Below, in pieces: positions 8,197-18,873 of a stretch of 58,660 bases of DNA (the first letter of the stretch is position 1; the number at the start of each line of letters is the position of its first letter). The notes below the pieces were generated by a model that was not told the origin of the DNA, made no database searches, and worked only from the letters and a program-made list of their open reading frames with translations. Both the position numbers and the translations under genes were made by a program. The DNA is from Betaproteobacteria bacterium (lineage in GTDB: Bacteria; Pseudomonadota; Gammaproteobacteria; Burkholderiales; SG8-41): NCBI GenBank assembly GCA_052386775.1, contig JBQTJV010000044.1, forward strand, positions 1-58,660, in the 5' to 3' direction.

Positions 8197-11085
8197 CTAG
8201 TTTTCTTCGCCCGCCGATAAAGGCCGCGGCTGCTGCGCGAGGATGCGGGGCCCCGTCCCGGCCGACAGGGTGAGCGCCTGATCGACCAGCTCCTTCTGCT
8301 GCTGGTCGTGCAGCTGCTTGTAACCCGCGGCGGGAGAGGCGGATGATTCGCGTCCCGCGTAGAACAGCTTCTGGTGCGGCAGCAAGTGGCGCAGCAGATA
8401 ATGCTGGATGTGCCGCCAAGCGCCCTGGTTGCGCGGTTCTTCCTGGCACCACACGATTTCCGTCGCGCTCTTGTAGCGTTCGATCTGCGCCCGGAAATGA
8501 TCGTGCGGGAAAGGATAAAGCTGCGCGATGCGCACCAGCGGCAGATCCCGGATTTCGCGTTCCCGCCGCGCGGCGCGCAGATCGTAGAACACCTTGCCGC
8601 TGCAGAAGATCACCCGCTGCACTTTTTCCGGATTGATCTCGGTCGCATCCCAGTCCTCGTTGACCGGCTTGAAGTTGTCCTGCGCGAACTCCTCCAGCGG
8701 CGACACCGACTCCTTGTGCCGCAGCAGGCTCTTCGGCGTGAAAATGATGAGCGGCTTGCGGAACGGGCGCACCATCTGACGCCGCAGGAGGTAGTAGAAC
8801 TGCACCGGCGTCGCCGGCACGCAGACCTGCATGTTGTAGTCGGCGCACAACTGCAGGTAGCGCTCGATGCGGCCCGAGGAGTGTTCCGGCCCCTGCCCCT
8901 CGTAGCCGTGCGGCAGGAGCAGCGTCAGCCCGCACAGCCGCCCCCACTTCACTTCACCCGATGCGATGAACTGATCGATCACCACCTGCGCGCCATTGGC
9001 GAAGTCGCCGAACTGCGCTTCCCAGATCACGAGTTCGTTGGGCCCGGAGGTCGCATAACCGTACTCGAAGCCCATCACCGCTTCCTCGGACAGCAGCGAA
9101 TCGATCACGACAAAATCACCCTGCCTGGGACTGACGTTCTGCAGCGGGATGTAGGCGCCCTGGTCCCAGCGTTCGCGGTTCTGATCGTGCAGCACCGCGT
9201 GGCGGTGGAAGAAGGTGCCGCGCCCGCTGTCCTGCCCCGAAAGCCGGATCGAATAGCCTTCGCTGAGCAGCGTGGCGTACGCGAGATGCTCCGCCATGCC
9301 CCAGTCGAGCGGTATCTTGCCCTGCGCCATCAGCCGCCGGTCCTCCATGATCTTCTGCACGCGCGGATGCAGCTTGAAGTTTTCGGGCACCGCAGTGATG
9401 CGCTCGCCCAGCATCTTCAGCGTCTCGAGCGGCAGCCGGGTGTCGTCCTTTTCGTTCCACTTGGTGCCGATGTACGGTTTCCAGTCCACCTCGAACGGCG
9501 GCTTGTATTTCGAGAGGACGGTTTTGTTGGTGTGATAGCCGGAATCGAGCGCGTTGCGGAAGGTGGTGATCATCTCCTCCGCTTCGGCATCGGAAAGCAC
9601 TCCCTCCTTCACCAGACGGTCCGCGTAGAGCTTGCGCGTGGTCGGCAGCTTCTGGATCTTCTTGTACATGAGCGGCTGCGTCACCATCGGCTCGTCCTGC
9701 TCGTTGTGGCCGAGACGGCGGTAGCACACCAGATCGACGACCACGTCGCGATGAAAGCGCATGCGGTAGTCGAGGGCGATCTCGGTGACGAGACACACCG
9801 CATCCGGGTCATCGCCATTCACGTGAAAGATCGGAACCTCGAGCATCTTGGCGACGTCGGTGCAGTAGAGCGTCGAGCGTGAATCGCGGATGTCCGACGT
9901 CGTAAAACCGATCTGGTTGTTGACGACGATATGCACCGTGCCCCCGGTGCCATAGCCGCGGGTCTGCGCCAGGTTGAGCGTCTCCATCACCACGCCCTGT
10001 CCGGAGAAGGAGGCGTCGCCGTGAATCAGCACCGGCAGCACCTGGTCGCCCTTGAAATCGCGGCGGCGATGCTGTCGCGCGCGCACCGAGCCCTCGACTA
10101 CCGGATTGACGATTTCCAGATGCGATGGATTGAACGCCAGGGTGACGTGCATCGGCCCGCCGGGCGTCATGATGTTGCTGGAGAATCCCTGGTGATACTT
10201 GACATCGCCCGCGAGCAGATGCGCTTCGTGCTTGCCCTCGAACTCGGCGAAGAGATCCTTGGGCATCTTGCCCATGATGTTCACCAGAACCTCGAGGCGC
10301 CCGCGATGCGCCATGCCGATCACCAGTTCCTGCACGCCGGCCTTGCCGGCGTTCTGCAGCAGGAGATCGAGCTGCGGGATCAGCGACTCGCCGCCTTCGC
10401 CCGAAAACCGCTTCTGGCCGACATAACGCGTATGCATGTATTTTTCGAGCGTCTCGGCCGCCGTGAGGCGCTCGAGGAAGTGCTTTCGCGTTTCAGCGTC
10501 GTAACTCGGATGCGAGCGTATCGTTTCCAGCCGCTCCTGAACCCAGCGCTTCTGCGGCACGTCGGTCATGTACATGTACTCGACGCCGATGCTGCCGCAA
10601 TAAGTATCCTTGAGGAAAGCGAGGATGTCCTTCAGCTTCATCTCGCGGGGCGCGAACAGCGTCCCGGTATTGAAGACCGACTCCATGTCGGCGTCGCTCA
10701 GCCCGTAGTATGCCGGGTCGAGTTCTGCGATGTACGGCTTCTCCTGCCGCTCGAGCGGGTCGACGTCGGCGTGACGCGAACCTTGGAAGCGATAGGCAGC
10801 AATCAGTTGCAGGACAACGAATTGCTTGTCTCCGAGCTGGGTCGGCGCGCCCGTCGTTGCCCCGGCTCCCGGGCGGCGTTCGCGCGCCAGGCGCGCAAAG
10901 CGCTCCTGTATCTCTGCGTGGGAGACATCCGCCGGACCGTCGTCAAGGCGCTGCAGTTCGTCGAAATAGCCGCGCCAGCGTGCCTCGACCGATTGCGGGT
11001 CCTTGAGATACGCCTCGTAGAGCGCCTCGATGAACGGCGCGTTCGCACCGAACAGGTGGGAATTGCCCAGAAACTGCTTCATCAT
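8197..11085 (-). CDS. sucA: 2-oxoglutarate dehydrogenase E1 component
   Basis: 962 aa. N-terminus [27 protein letters not shown] is typical of SucA/OdhA. ThDP-dependent E1o length and motifs. Confidence 0.97.
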   Translation of the reverse strand: MMKQFLGNSHLFGANAPFIEALYEAYLKDPQSVEARWRGYFDELQRLDDGPADVSHAEIQERFARLARERRPGAGATTGAPTQLGDKQFVVLQLIAAYRFQGSRHADVDPLERQEKPYIAELDPAYYGLSDADMESVFNTGTLFAPREMKLKDILAFLKDTYCGSIGVEYMYMTDVPQKRWVQERLETIRSHPSYDAETRKHFLERLTAAETLEKYMHTRYVGQKRFSGEGGESLIPQLDLLLQNAGKAGVQELVIGMAHRGRLEVLVNIMGKMPKDLFAEFEGKHEAHLLAGDVKYHQGFSSNIMTPGGPMHVTLAFNPSHLEIVNPVVEGSVRARQHRRRDFKGDQVLPVLIHGDASFSGQGVVMETLNLAQTRGYGTGGTVHIVVNNQIGFTTSDIRDSRSTLYCTDVAKMLEVPIFHVNGDDPDAVCLVTEIALDYRMRFHRDVVVDLVCYRRLGHNEQDEPMVTQPLMYKKIQKLPTTRKLYADRLVKEGVLSDAEAEEMITTFRNALDSGYHTNKTVLSKYKPPFEVDWKPYIGTKWNEKDDTRLPLETLKMLGERITAVPENFKLHPRVQKIMEDRRLMAQGKIPLDWGMAEHLAYATLLSEGYSIRLSGQDSGRGTFFHRHAVLHDQNRERWDQGAYIPLQNVSPRQGDFVVIDSLLSEEAVMGFEYGYATSGPNELVIWEAQFGDFANGAQVVIDQFIASGEVKWGRLCGLTLLLPHGYEGQGPEHSSGRIERYLQLCADYNMQVCVPATPVQFYYLLRRQMVRPFRKPLIIFTPKSLLRHKESVSPLEEFAQDNFKPVNEDWDATEINPEKVQRVIFCSGKVFYDLRAARREREIRDLPLVRIAQLYPFPHDHFRAQIERYKSATEIVWCQEEPRNQGAWRHIQHYLLRHLLPHQKLFYAGRESSASPAAGYKQLHDQQQKELVDQALTLSAGTGPRILAQQPRPLSAGEEN

Positions 11086-11114
11086 CGCTGCACCTGTCGA
11101 ATGCCAATACGCAT

Positions 11115-11201
11115 AGGACGCAGGGGACGCGAAGGAAAATCAAGGCACCACGACATGAGGTTCATTTGCAAGACCTTTGCGTCCTCAGCGTCCTTCGCGT
11201 C
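11115..11201. repeat. REP-like element, family B (GGACGC/GCGTCC units)
   Basis: GACGCGAAGGA (11126-11136) is the exact reverse complement of TCCTTCGCGTC (11191-11201). The right arm shows 9-nt periodic GCGTCC units (GCGTCCTCA GCGTCCTTC GCGTCACAG). Confidence 0.55.
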
Positions 11202-11212
11202 ACAGCCTTTGA

Positions 11213-12511
11213 CTATTTGCGCTTCCCCAGCGGCACGAATTCGCGGCGCGTCGCGCCGGTGAAGAGCTGCCGCGGGCGCCCGATCTTCTGGTCCGGGTCG
11301 CTGATCAGTTCGTTCCACTGCGCGATCCAGCCCACCGTCCGTGCCAGCGCGAATATCGCGGTGAACATGCTCACCGGGATGCCGAGCGCCTTGTAGACGA
11401 TGCCGGAATAGAAATCCACGTTCGGATAGAGCTTGCGCTTGATGAAATAATCGTCCTCCAGGGCGACTTTCTCCAGCGCCATCGCGAGCTTGAACAGCTT
11501 GTCGTCCTTGAGATCCAGTTCCTCGAGGACCTCGTGGCACGTTTTCTGGATGATCCTGGCGCGTGGGTCGTAATTCTTGTAGACGCGGTGACCGAAGCCC
11601 ATCAGCATCGCGTGACCGTCCTTGTCCTTCACACGCTGGATGAAGCTGGAGATGTTCTTGACGTCGTCGATCTCCGCCAGCATCTTGAGCACCGCTTCGT
11701 TCGCGCCGCCGTGCGCCGGGCCCCACAGGCTGGCGATACCGGCGGCGATGCAGGCGAACGGATTGGCGCCGGTGGACCCCGCGAGACGAACCGTGGAGGT
11801 CGACGCATTCTGCTCGTGATCCGCATGCAGGATCAGGATGCGCTCCATGGCGCGCGTCAGGATCGGATTCGGCTTCCAGTCCGCGCACGGCGTGCCGAAC
11901 ATCATGTAGAGGAAGTTCTCGACGTAGGACAGGTTGTTCTTCGGATACATGAACGGCTGGCCGACGTTGTATTTGTAGGTCATCGCCGTGATCGTCGGCA
12001 GCTTCGCGATCAACCGGAATGCCGAAATCTCGCGACTGCGCGCGTCGTGGATGTCGATCGAGTCGTGATAGAACGCCGACAAGGCGCCCACCACGCCGCA
12101 TAGCACGGCCATCGGGTGCGCATCGCGACGGAAACCGCTGTAGAAGCGCGAAAGCTGCTCGTGCACCATGGTATGGTGGGTCACGATGTCGTCGAACCTT
12201 GCCTTCTGCTGCGGGTTGGGCAGCTCGCCGTTCAGGATGAGGTAGGCCACTTCCAGAAAATCGCAATGTTCGGCGAGATGCTCTATCGGATAACCGCGAT
12301 ACTGCAGGATGCCCTGATCGCCGTCGATGTAGGTGATGCTCGAGCGGCAGCTCGCCGTGGACATGAACCCGGGATCGTAGGTGAACAATCCCGTCTTGGC
12401 GTACAGCGCGCGGACGTCGATCACCTCGGGTCCCACCGTGCCGCCAAGCACAGGGAAATCCACCGACGGCTTGCCGTCGCTGAAGGAAAGAGTGGCCAGC
12501 TTTTCGGTCAT
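11213..12511 (-). CDS. gltA: type II citrate synthase
   Basis: [10 protein letters not shown]...[26 protein letters not shown]...[11 protein letters not shown] aligns by eye with E. coli GltA. ATG at 12511 with GGAGA 7 nt upstream; the longer ORF start at 12541 is rejected. Confidence 0.97.
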   Translation of the reverse strand: MTEKLATLSFSDGKPSVDFPVLGGTVGPEVIDVRALYAKTGLFTYDPGFMSTASCRSSITYIDGDQGILQYRGYPIEHLAEHCDFLEVAYLILNGELPNPQQKARFDDIVTHHTMVHEQLSRFYSGFRRDAHPMAVLCGVVGALSAFYHDSIDIHDARSREISAFRLIAKLPTITAMTYKYNVGQPFMYPKNNLSYVENFLYMMFGTPCADWKPNPILTRAMERILILHADHEQNASTSTVRLAGSTGANPFACIAAGIASLWGPAHGGANEAVLKMLAEIDDVKNISSFIQRVKDKDGHAMLMGFGHRVYKNYDPRARIIQKTCHEVLEELDLKDDKLFKLAMALEKVALEDDYFIKRKLYPNVDFYSGIVYKALGIPVSMFTAIFALARTVGWIAQWNELISDPDQKIGRPRQLFTGATRREFVPLGKRK

Positions 12512-12540
12512 AGCAGTCTCCGTAACGGAATGACAGTCCA

Positions 12541-12637
12541 CCTTTCGACAGGCTCAGGGTGAACGGTCGTTCGCAGAGCACCGTTCATGGTGAGCTCAGG
12601 CCTGTCCTGAGCGCAAGTCGAAGGGAACCATGAACGG
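12541..12637. repeat. REP-like compound hairpin, family C (the type that translates to PFDRLRVNG)
   Basis: CCGTTCATGGT (12581-12591) and ACCATGAACGG (12627-12637) form a perfect 11-bp inverted repeat. It encloses an inner stem GCTCAGG (12594-12600) / CCTGAGC (12606-12612). A related half-copy CCTTTCGACAGGCTCAGGGTGAACGG lies at 12541-12566. Confidence 0.6.
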
Positions 12638-12647
12638 CTTGGATTCA

Positions 12648-12917
12648 TCATGTTAAGCGCTCTAAGCCCTGCGTGGGCGCCGCGCAGTTCTCGCGCAGCC
12701 GCCCGAGCAGAAGATCGAACCGCGCGTCGGCGGGCTCGGCCCGGCCCATCACGAGGTCCAGCAATTCATTATCCGGCTGATCGAGCAATTCCCTGAACAG
12801 CTCGACCTCGCCCCCGTCGAGCTGCGCATAATATCGATCCAGGAAAGCCGCCAGCACGAGGTCCAGTTCCAGCATGCCGCGCCGGCACTGCCAGCGAATA
12901 CGGTCGGTCTCGCTCAT
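12648..12917 (-). CDS. sdhE: FAD assembly factor SdhE (DUF339)
   Basis: 89 aa from the ATG at 12917. Conserved RGMLELD (RGxxE) motif. Sits between sdhB and gltA. Confidence 0.85.
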   Translation of the reverse strand: MSETDRIRWQCRRGMLELDLVLAAFLDRYYAQLDGGEVELFRELLDQPDNELLDLVMGRAEPADARFDLLLGRLRENCAAPTQGLERLT

Positions 12918-12936
12918 GTGCCGGGCGCGTACGGCG

Positions 12937-13632
12937 TCATACCGAACGCTTGACCAGCAGGTCGCGGATCTTTCCGATAGCCTTGGTCGGATTGAGGCCC
13001 TTGGGACATACATCCACGCAGTTCATGATCGAATGGCAGCGAAAGAGCCGATACGGATCCTCGAGATTGTCCAGCCGCTCGTTGGTCGCCTGGTCACGGG
13101 TATCGGCGATGAAGCGGTAGGCCTGCAGCAATCCCGCCGGCCCCACGAATTTGTCCGGATTCCACCAGAATGACGGGCACGAGGTGGAGCAGCACGCGCA
13201 CAGGATGCACTCGTAGAGCCCGTTCAGCTCGTCGCGGTCCTCGGCCGATTGCAGGCGCTCTTTTTCAGGCGGCGGCGTTTCGTTGACCAGGTACGGCTTG
13301 ACCGAGTGATACTGCTTGAAGAACTGCGACATGTCGACCACGAGATCGCGGATCACCGGCAGCCCGGGCCGCGGCCGGATCACCACCGGCTCCTTCACCT
13401 CGATCAGGCGCGTGATGCACGCCAGCCCGTTCTTGCCGTTGATGTTCATCGCGTCCGATCCGCACACGCCTTCGCGGCAGGAGCGGCGGAACGAGAACGT
13501 GTCGTCATGCGCCTTGATGCGGACCAGCGCATCGAGCAGCATGCGGTCGGTCGGCTCGAGCGCGATGTCGTAGTCCCGCATGTAAGGCTTGGCGTCGGTA
13601 TCCGGGTTGTATCGGTATATCGAAAAACGCAT
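12937..13632 (-). CDS. sdhB: succinate dehydrogenase iron-sulfur subunit
   Basis: Cys clusters CREGVCGSDAMNING, CILCACCSTSCP and CHSIMNCVDVCPK. Confidence 0.97.
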   Translation of the reverse strand: MRFSIYRYNPDTDAKPYMRDYDIALEPTDRMLLDALVRIKAHDDTFSFRRSCREGVCGSDAMNINGKNGLACITRLIEVKEPVVIRPRPGLPVIRDLVVDMSQFFKQYHSVKPYLVNETPPPEKERLQSAEDRDELNGLYECILCACCSTSCPSFWWNPDKFVGPAGLLQAYRFIADTRDQATNERLDNLEDPYRLFRCHSIMNCVDVCPKGLNPTKAIGKIRDLLVKRSV

Positions 13633-13659
13633 GACTGCGGGGCTCCGTGTAGAACCTGT

Positions 13660-15420
13660 CTAATAAACGCGCGTCTTGGGCTCGAAGGCTTCGACCGTCA
13701 GGGGCTTGGTTTTGACCGGCTTGTATTCGAGCCGGTTTCCCTGCTTGTACCACAGCGTGTGCTTCATCCAGTTGGCGTCGTCGCGCTTGGGATGATCGCT
13801 GCGGTCATGTGCGCCGCGGGACTCCGTGCGCGCCTCGGCCGAAATCATCGTGGCCAGGGCGACCTCGACGAGATTGTCCAGTTCCAGCGCCTCGACCCTT
13901 GCGGTATTGAACACCCTGCTCTTGTCCTGGATAGCGGTGCGCTGCGCGCGCTCTGCGACCGCGAGGATTTTCTGCACGCCCTGCGTGAGGCTGTCCGGAA
14001 AGCGGAAGACTCCGCAGTGAAGTTGCATGACGCGGCGCATTTCCGCGCCGACATCGGGCACGCTTTCTCCGTTCGTCTGGGATTCGAGCCGGGCAATACG
14101 GGCGAGCGACATGTCCGCGGCATCGGCCGGCAGCGGTTTGTGCGCGCCGTGCTCCAGGTCCGTGATCACCCTGCGGCCTGCGGCCCGTCCGAACACCAGC
14201 AGGTCCAGCAGCGAATTGCAGCCCAGGCGGTTTGCGCCGTGCACCGACACACAGGCGCATTCGCCCGCCGCGTAAAGCCCGCGTACCGCCTGGTCGCCGC
14301 CGCGTCCGTCCGGCACCACCACCTGGCCGTGGTAGTTGGTCGGCACCCCGCCCATCATGTAATGCACCGTGGGGACCACGGGAATCGGCTCCCTCACCGG
14401 ATCGACGTTGGCGAACTTGATCGCGATATCGCGTATTCCCGGCAGCCGCTTGTGGATCACTTCTTCGCCCAGGTGATCGAGCTTGAGCAGGATGTGATCC
14501 GCGTCCTTGCCTGCGCCGCGCCCTTCCTTGATCTCGGTCGCCATCGCGCGCGACACGACGTCGCGGCTCGCCAGGTCTTTGGCGGTCGGCGCGTAGCGTT
14601 CCATGAAACGCTCGCCGTTCCTGTTGAGCAGAAAGCCGCCTTCCCCGCGCACCCCTTCGGTGATCAGCACCCCGGCGCCGTAGACGCCGGTGGGATGGAA
14701 CTGGAAGAACTCCATGTCCTGCAGCGGCAGGCCCGCCCGCGCCACCATGCCCAGTCCGTCGCCGGTATTGATGAAGGCGTTGGTGCTCGAAGCATAGATG
14801 CGTCCCGCTCCGCCGGTGGCAAGCAGCGTCGCATGCGCCTGCAGGATCATCACTTCGCCGGTTTCGATCTCCATCGCGACCACGCCCAGCACCGCGCCTT
14901 CGGCATCGCGCACGAGATCGAGCGCCATCCACTCCACGAAAAACTGGGTGTGCGCGCGGACGTTGCGTTGATACAGCGTGTGCAGCATGGCGTGGCCGGT
15001 GCGATCGGCGGCGGCGCAGGCGCGTTCGACCGGGTTGCGCCCGTAGTCTTGCATGTGCCCGCCGAACGGACGCTGGTAGATCCGCCCATCGGCCGTGCGG
15101 TCGAAAGGCATGCCGAAGTGCTCCAGCTCGTACACCACCTCGGGCGCCGCGCGGCACATGAATTCGATGGCGTCCTGGTCGCCGAGATAATCGGCGCCCT
15201 TGACGGTGTCATACATGTGCCAGTGCCAGTTGTCTTCCGTTATGTTGCCCAGGGAGGCTGCGACGCCGCCCTGCGCGGCCACCGTATGCGATCGCGTGGG
15301 AAAGACCTTCGACAGCACCGCCACGCGCAGCCCTGCTTCGGCAAGCTCGAGCGCCGCCCGCATGCCGGAGCCGCCCGCGCCTACGACGACTGCGTCAAAT
15401 TCCCTGCGTGCCAGTGCCAT
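13660..15420 (-). CDS. sdhA: succinate dehydrogenase flavoprotein subunit
   Basis: FDAVVVGAGGSGMRAAL FAD fold, and RSHTVAAQGG carrying the covalent-FAD His motif. 586 aa. Confidence 0.98.
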   Translation of the reverse strand: MALARREFDAVVVGAGGSGMRAALELAEAGLRVAVLSKVFPTRSHTVAAQGGVAASLGNITEDNWHWHMYDTVKGADYLGDQDAIEFMCRAAPEVVYELEHFGMPFDRTADGRIYQRPFGGHMQDYGRNPVERACAAADRTGHAMLHTLYQRNVRAHTQFFVEWMALDLVRDAEGAVLGVVAMEIETGEVMILQAHATLLATGGAGRIYASSTNAFINTGDGLGMVARAGLPLQDMEFFQFHPTGVYGAGVLITEGVRGEGGFLLNRNGERFMERYAPTAKDLASRDVVSRAMATEIKEGRGAGKDADHILLKLDHLGEEVIHKRLPGIRDIAIKFANVDPVREPIPVVPTVHYMMGGVPTNYHGQVVVPDGRGGDQAVRGLYAAGECACVSVHGANRLGCNSLLDLLVFGRAAGRRVITDLEHGAHKPLPADAADMSLARIARLESQTNGESVPDVGAEMRRVMQLHCGVFRFPDSLTQGVQKILAVAERAQRTAIQDKSRVFNTARVEALELDNLVEVALATMISAEARTESRGAHDRSDHPKRDDANWMKHTLWYKQGNRLEYKPVKTKPLTVEAFEPKTRVY

Positions 15421-15423
15421 CGC

Positions 15424-15771
15424 TCACGCTCTCCAGAGGATCTGCACCGACCAGGCGCCATACGCGAGCAGGGCGAGGATCACCAGGACGTGCAGCGCGA
15501 GGCGCAGTCCGGTGGGCTTGATGTAGTCCATGAAGATGTTCCGCATCCCGACCCACGCGTGGTAGAGCAGGCTCGCCATGAAGAGCAGCGTTGCGTAGCG
15601 CATCCACGGGGCATTCCACAACGCCTGCCAGTGGCTGAAATCGAAGCGCGGCAAGCCGAGCAGCGCGATCACGAAGAGCAGCGTGTAGATCAGCATCACG
15701 ATCGCCGTCACCCGCTGCGCCAGCCAGTCGCGCAGGCCATAGTGAGCGCCGACGACTTCGCGTCTCACCAT
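15424..15771 (-). CDS. sdhD: succinate dehydrogenase membrane anchor subunit
   Basis: 115 aa from the ATG at 15771 with three hydrophobic helices. Position between sdhC and sdhA. The upstream part of the 195-aa ORF is Arg/Gly-rich and non-coding-like. Confidence 0.85.
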   Translation of the reverse strand: MVRREVVGAHYGLRDWLAQRVTAIVMLIYTLLFVIALLGLPRFDFSHWQALWNAPWMRYATLLFMASLLYHAWVGMRNIFMDYIKPTGLRLALHVLVILALLAYGAWSVQILWRA

Positions 15772-16139
15772 AGCAGCGCTCCAATGACTATCGTGAGCCC
15801 GATGCTGACCGCCATCACCGCCATGCCGCTCGCCCGTGCTGCGGGCAAATCCGTGCCCAGATGCAGGTCGAGCGCGAGATGCCGTATCCCGGCACAAAGG
15901 TGATGCAGGTACGCCCACAGCAGCCCGAAAAGCACGATCTTGCCGATCGGCGAGGCGACCACCGCGCTGAATCGGTCGAAGGCCTGCTGCGAGGTCACGC
16001 TCTGGTGCCACAACCAGAGCAGCAGCGGCAGAAACAGGAACAGCACGGCGCCGCTGATCCTGTGCATTCCAGACACGATGGCCATGATCGGGAACTTGAT
16101 CTGCAGCAGGTTAAGGTGCTTGGGTCTCGGCTTGGACAT
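15765..16139 (-). CDS. sdhC: succinate dehydrogenase cytochrome b556 subunit
   Basis: 124 aa, three TM helices, SGMHRISG motif. It is the first gene of sdhCDAB and overlaps the sdhD start by 7 nt. Confidence 0.85.
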   Translation of the reverse strand: MSKPRPKHLNLLQIKFPIMAIVSGMHRISGAVLFLFLPLLLWLWHQSVTSQQAFDRFSAVVASPIGKIVLFGLLWAYLHHLCAGIRHLALDLHLGTDLPAARASGMAVMAVSIGLTIVIGALLW

Positions 16140-16358
16140 CTAACGGCTTTCTTATTGGGCAGAGAACGGCGAGTCACTCAACGTACGCAGGAATTCGAAA
16201 AATGCAGACGGTGACTCCCGTGCGTCCCACCCCAGTTCCGGTCAGCGCCGCCTGACATGTCGCAAACTGAGCAATCTTATCAGCTTTCGCTGCACTGCAG
16301 AAGCGCCCTTGGGCGTGCGCGCGGGCAGAGCTCGCCGCGGCTGCAGGCGCCGCCGTCC

Positions 16359-16388
16359 TTGTCACTAAAAGGCGAGGTTCGCTATCAT
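16359..16388 (+). promoter_or_regulatory. candidate sigma70 promoter for mdh (TTGTCA-18 nt-TATCAT)
   Basis: -35 TTGTCA at 16359-16364, 18-nt spacer, -10 TATCAT at 16383-16388, about 100 nt upstream of the mdh ATG. Pattern match only. Confidence 0.35.
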
Positions 16389-16489
16389 CTATGGTGTCGC
16401 GGCCGTACGCGCAGGGCGTCTCAGACCCATCGTCAAGCCGCCTTATCCCGCTCAACAAAATCTTTTTCCACATTTCAGGAGCCTGATTC

Positions 16490-17479
16490 ATGAAATCTCC
16501 CATGCGCGTAGCGGTCACGGGCGCCGCCGGACAGATCGGCTACAGCCTGTTGTTTCGGATCGCGAGCGGCGAGATGCTGGGCAAAGACCAGCCGGTCATT
16601 CTGCAGTTGCTCGAAATCCCCGACGAGAAGGCCCAGAAGGCTCTGAAGGGCGTGATGATGGAGCTCGACGACTGCGCTTTTCCGCTGCTCTCGGGCATGG
16701 TGCCGACCGCGGATCCGATGGTCGCCTTCAAGGACGCCGACATCGCGCTCCTGGTCGGTGCGCGCCCGCGCGGACCCGGCATGGAACGCAAGGATCTGCT
16801 GGAAGCGAACGGCAGGATTTTCGCGCCCCAGGGCAAAGCGCTCTCCGCAGTGGCGAAGCGCGACGTGAAAGTGCTGGTGGTCGGCAACCCCGCCAACACC
16901 AACTGTCTCATTGCGATGAAAAACGCGCCGGACCTCAAGGCTTCGAACTTTTCCGCCATGATGCGCCTCGACCACAATCGCGCGTTGACGCAGGTCGCGC
17001 AGAAGATCGGCAAACCGGTTGCCGACGTGCGCAAGATGACGGTATGGGGCAACCACTCCGCCACGCAGTATCCGGATCTCTTCCAGGCTGAAGCGGGCGG
17101 ACAGAATGTCTGGCCCATGATCAACGACCAGGCCTGGCTCGAAAAGGATTTCATCCCGACGATACAGAAGCGCGGCGCCGCGATCATCGATGCGCGCGGA
17201 CTGTCGTCAGCAGCGAGCGCCGCGAACGCGGCGATGGATCACATCCGCGATTGGGTGCACGGCACCCGCGACGGCGATTGGGTGAGCATGGGCCTGCCGG
17301 CCGACGGCAGCTACGACATCGCGGAGGGAGTCATCTACGGCTATCCGGCGGTATGCAAAGGCGGCCGATACGAAATCGTCCAGGGCCTCGCCGTCAGCGA
17401 CTTCAGCCGGGCCCGCATGCAGGCGACTCTTAAGGAATTGCACGAGGAGCGGGACTCGATTCGCCAGCTCCTCGGCTAG
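16490..17479 (+). CDS. mdh: malate dehydrogenase (LDH-like MDH type 2)
   Basis: [21 protein letters not shown] Rossmann motif, 329 aa. Shine-Dalgarno CAGGAG upstream. Confidence 0.97.
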   Translation: MKSPMRVAVTGAAGQIGYSLLFRIASGEMLGKDQPVILQLLEIPDEKAQKALKGVMMELDDCAFPLLSGMVPTADPMVAFKDADIALLVGARPRGPGMERKDLLEANGRIFAPQGKALSAVAKRDVKVLVVGNPANTNCLIAMKNAPDLKASNFSAMMRLDHNRALTQVAQKIGKPVADVRKMTVWGNHSATQYPDLFQAEAGGQNVWPMINDQAWLEKDFIPTIQKRGAAIIDARGLSSAASAANAAMDHIRDWVHGTRDGDWVSMGLPADGSYDIAEGVIYGYPAVCKGGRYEIVQGLAVSDFSRARMQATLKELHEERDSIRQLLG

Positions 17480-17488
17480 AAGGAGCAT

Positions 17489-17547
17489 CGTCATTCCAGA
17501 CAATGATCCGGAATCCAGGGCGCCTCCGGGTCCCGGCAAAGGCCGGG
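17489..17547. repeat. REP-like element, family A variant, plus a GC hairpin downstream of mdh
   Basis: CGTCATTCCAGA (17489-17500), CCGGAATCCAGGG, and hairpin CCCGGC-aaag-GCCGGG (17532-17547). No T-tract. Confidence 0.5.
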
Positions 17548-17590
17548 GAGACGACACGCAACGGATAGCTACAATCGAAGAGGGAGCGCA

Positions 17591-18766
17591 ATGAGCGGAG
17601 AATCCAGCACGGGCTTCAAGCCCAAGAAGTCGGTCGCGCTATCGGGTGTGGCTGCCGGAACCACGGCGTTGTGCACGGTAGGCCGCAGCGGCAATGACCT
17701 GCACTATCGCGGCTACGACATACTCGATATCGCGGACCAGTGCGAGTTCGAGGAAATCGCCTACCTGCTGATCCACGGCAAGCTCCCCAACTCTGCCGAG
17801 CTTCACAATTACAAGTCCCGGCTTTTCCAGTTGCGCGGGTTGCCGGCGGCGGTGCGCAATGTGCTCGAACAGATTCCGGCGGGCGCGCATCCGATGGACG
17901 TCATGCGCACAGGGTGTTCCGCGCTCGGCGCAGTGCTCCCGGAGAAGGAAGATCACAACCCCGCCGGGGCGCGCGACATCGCGGACCGGCTGATCTCCTC
18001 GTTCGGCTCGATCCTCCTCTACTGGTACCACTACAGCCACAACGGGCGGCGCATCGAGGTCGAGACGGATGACGACTCCATCGGCGGCCACTTCCTGCAT
18101 CTGCTCCATGGCCGGCCAGGCAAGGCATTGTGGGTCAAGGCGATGCACACCTCGCTCATCCTCTACGCCGAGCACGAGTTCAATGCGTCGACGTTTGCCG
18201 CGCGCGTCGTTGCCGGGACCGGCGCGGACATGCATTCGGCAATCACCGGCGCCATCGGCGCCTTGCGCGGCCCCAAGCACGGCGGGGCCAACGAAGTCGG
18301 GTTCGAGGTGATGAACCGCTACGAGACGCCGGATGATGCCGAGACCGACATCGTCACCCGCATCCGCAACAAGGAAGTGGTGATCGGCTTCGGCCACCCT
18401 GTCTACACCATTGCCGATCCGCGAAACAAGATCATCAAGGACGTGGCGCGCACGCTGTCGCGTGACGTGAACGACATGAAGATGTACGACGTCGCCGACC
18501 GCATCGAGTCGGTCATGATGCGCGAGAAGAAGATGTTCGCGAACCTCGACTGGTTCTCGGCGGTGTCCTACCACCGCATGGGCATTCCGACCGCGATGTT
18601 CACGCCGATTTTCGTCATCGCCCGCACCACCGGCTGGGCCGCGCACGTGATCGAACAGCGCATTGACAACAAGATCATCCGGCCGACCGCGGTCTACACC
18701 GGCCCCGAGAACTGCAGGTTCGTGCCGCTCGCCGAGCGCAGCCGCGCCGCGAAGCGGAACAGGTAA
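17591..18766 (+). CDS. prpC: 2-methylcitrate synthase / citrate synthase
   Basis: [39 protein letters not shown] is the characteristic PrpC N-terminus. Citrate synthase catalytic motifs GFGHPVY and HEFNAST. Confidence 0.85.
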   Translation: MSGESSTGFKPKKSVALSGVAAGTTALCTVGRSGNDLHYRGYDILDIADQCEFEEIAYLLIHGKLPNSAELHNYKSRLFQLRGLPAAVRNVLEQIPAGAHPMDVMRTGCSALGAVLPEKEDHNPAGARDIADRLISSFGSILLYWYHYSHNGRRIEVETDDDSIGGHFLHLLHGRPGKALWVKAMHTSLILYAEHEFNASTFAARVVAGTGADMHSAITGAIGALRGPKHGGANEVGFEVMNRYETPDDAETDIVTRIRNKEVVIGFGHPVYTIADPRNKIIKDVARTLSRDVNDMKMYDVADRIESVMMREKKMFANLDWFSAVSYHRMGIPTAMFTPIFVIARTTGWAAHVIEQRIDNKIIRPTAVYTGPENCRFVPLAERSRAAKRNR

Positions 18767-18784
18767 ACACCACTTCAAGGCCGA

Positions 18785-18853
18785 GACGCAAAGGACGCAA
18801 AAGGGAATTTGCGTTAAAGCTTTTGAAGCTTGCGTCCTTCGCTTCTACGCTTC
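18785..18853. repeat. REP-like element, family B (second copy)
   Basis: AAGGACGCAA (18791-18800) is the exact reverse complement of TTGCGTCCTT (18830-18839). It uses the same GGACGC/GCGTCC units as 11115-11201. Confidence 0.55.
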
Positions 18854-18873
18854 TAATAAGGAACGAGTAAACA

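Noticed and set aside
8374-11262. 502-aa and 443-aa plus-strand ORFs (8374-9882, 9931-11262)
   Set aside because: Both are antisense to sucA, a 962-aa protein with a canonical E1o N-terminus. Their sequences are repetitive and Arg/His/Leu-rich. They are shadow ORFs.
11082-12581. 499-aa minus-strand ORF overlapping gltA in another frame
   Set aside because: The gltA frame (11213-12511) aligns by eye with E. coli citrate synthase. The alternative frame is Arg/Gly/Pro-rich. Its N-terminus (PFTLSLSKG) is just the translation of the REP element at 12541-12581.
13249-15903. 884-aa plus-strand ORF, the longest in this region
   Set aside because: It lies entirely antisense to sdhB, sdhA, sdhD and sdhC, which have unmistakable motifs. 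Its translation is Arg/His/Ala-rich and low-complexity with no domain. It is a typical stop-codon-poor antisense frame of a high-GC genome.
16174-16518. 114-aa minus-strand ORF in the sdhC-mdh control region, considered as the missing GntR-type regulator
   Set aside because: It has no helix-turn-helix or other recognisable motif. It overlaps the mdh start and ribosome-binding site, and its composition does not look coding. The region is better treated as non-coding divergent promoter DNA.
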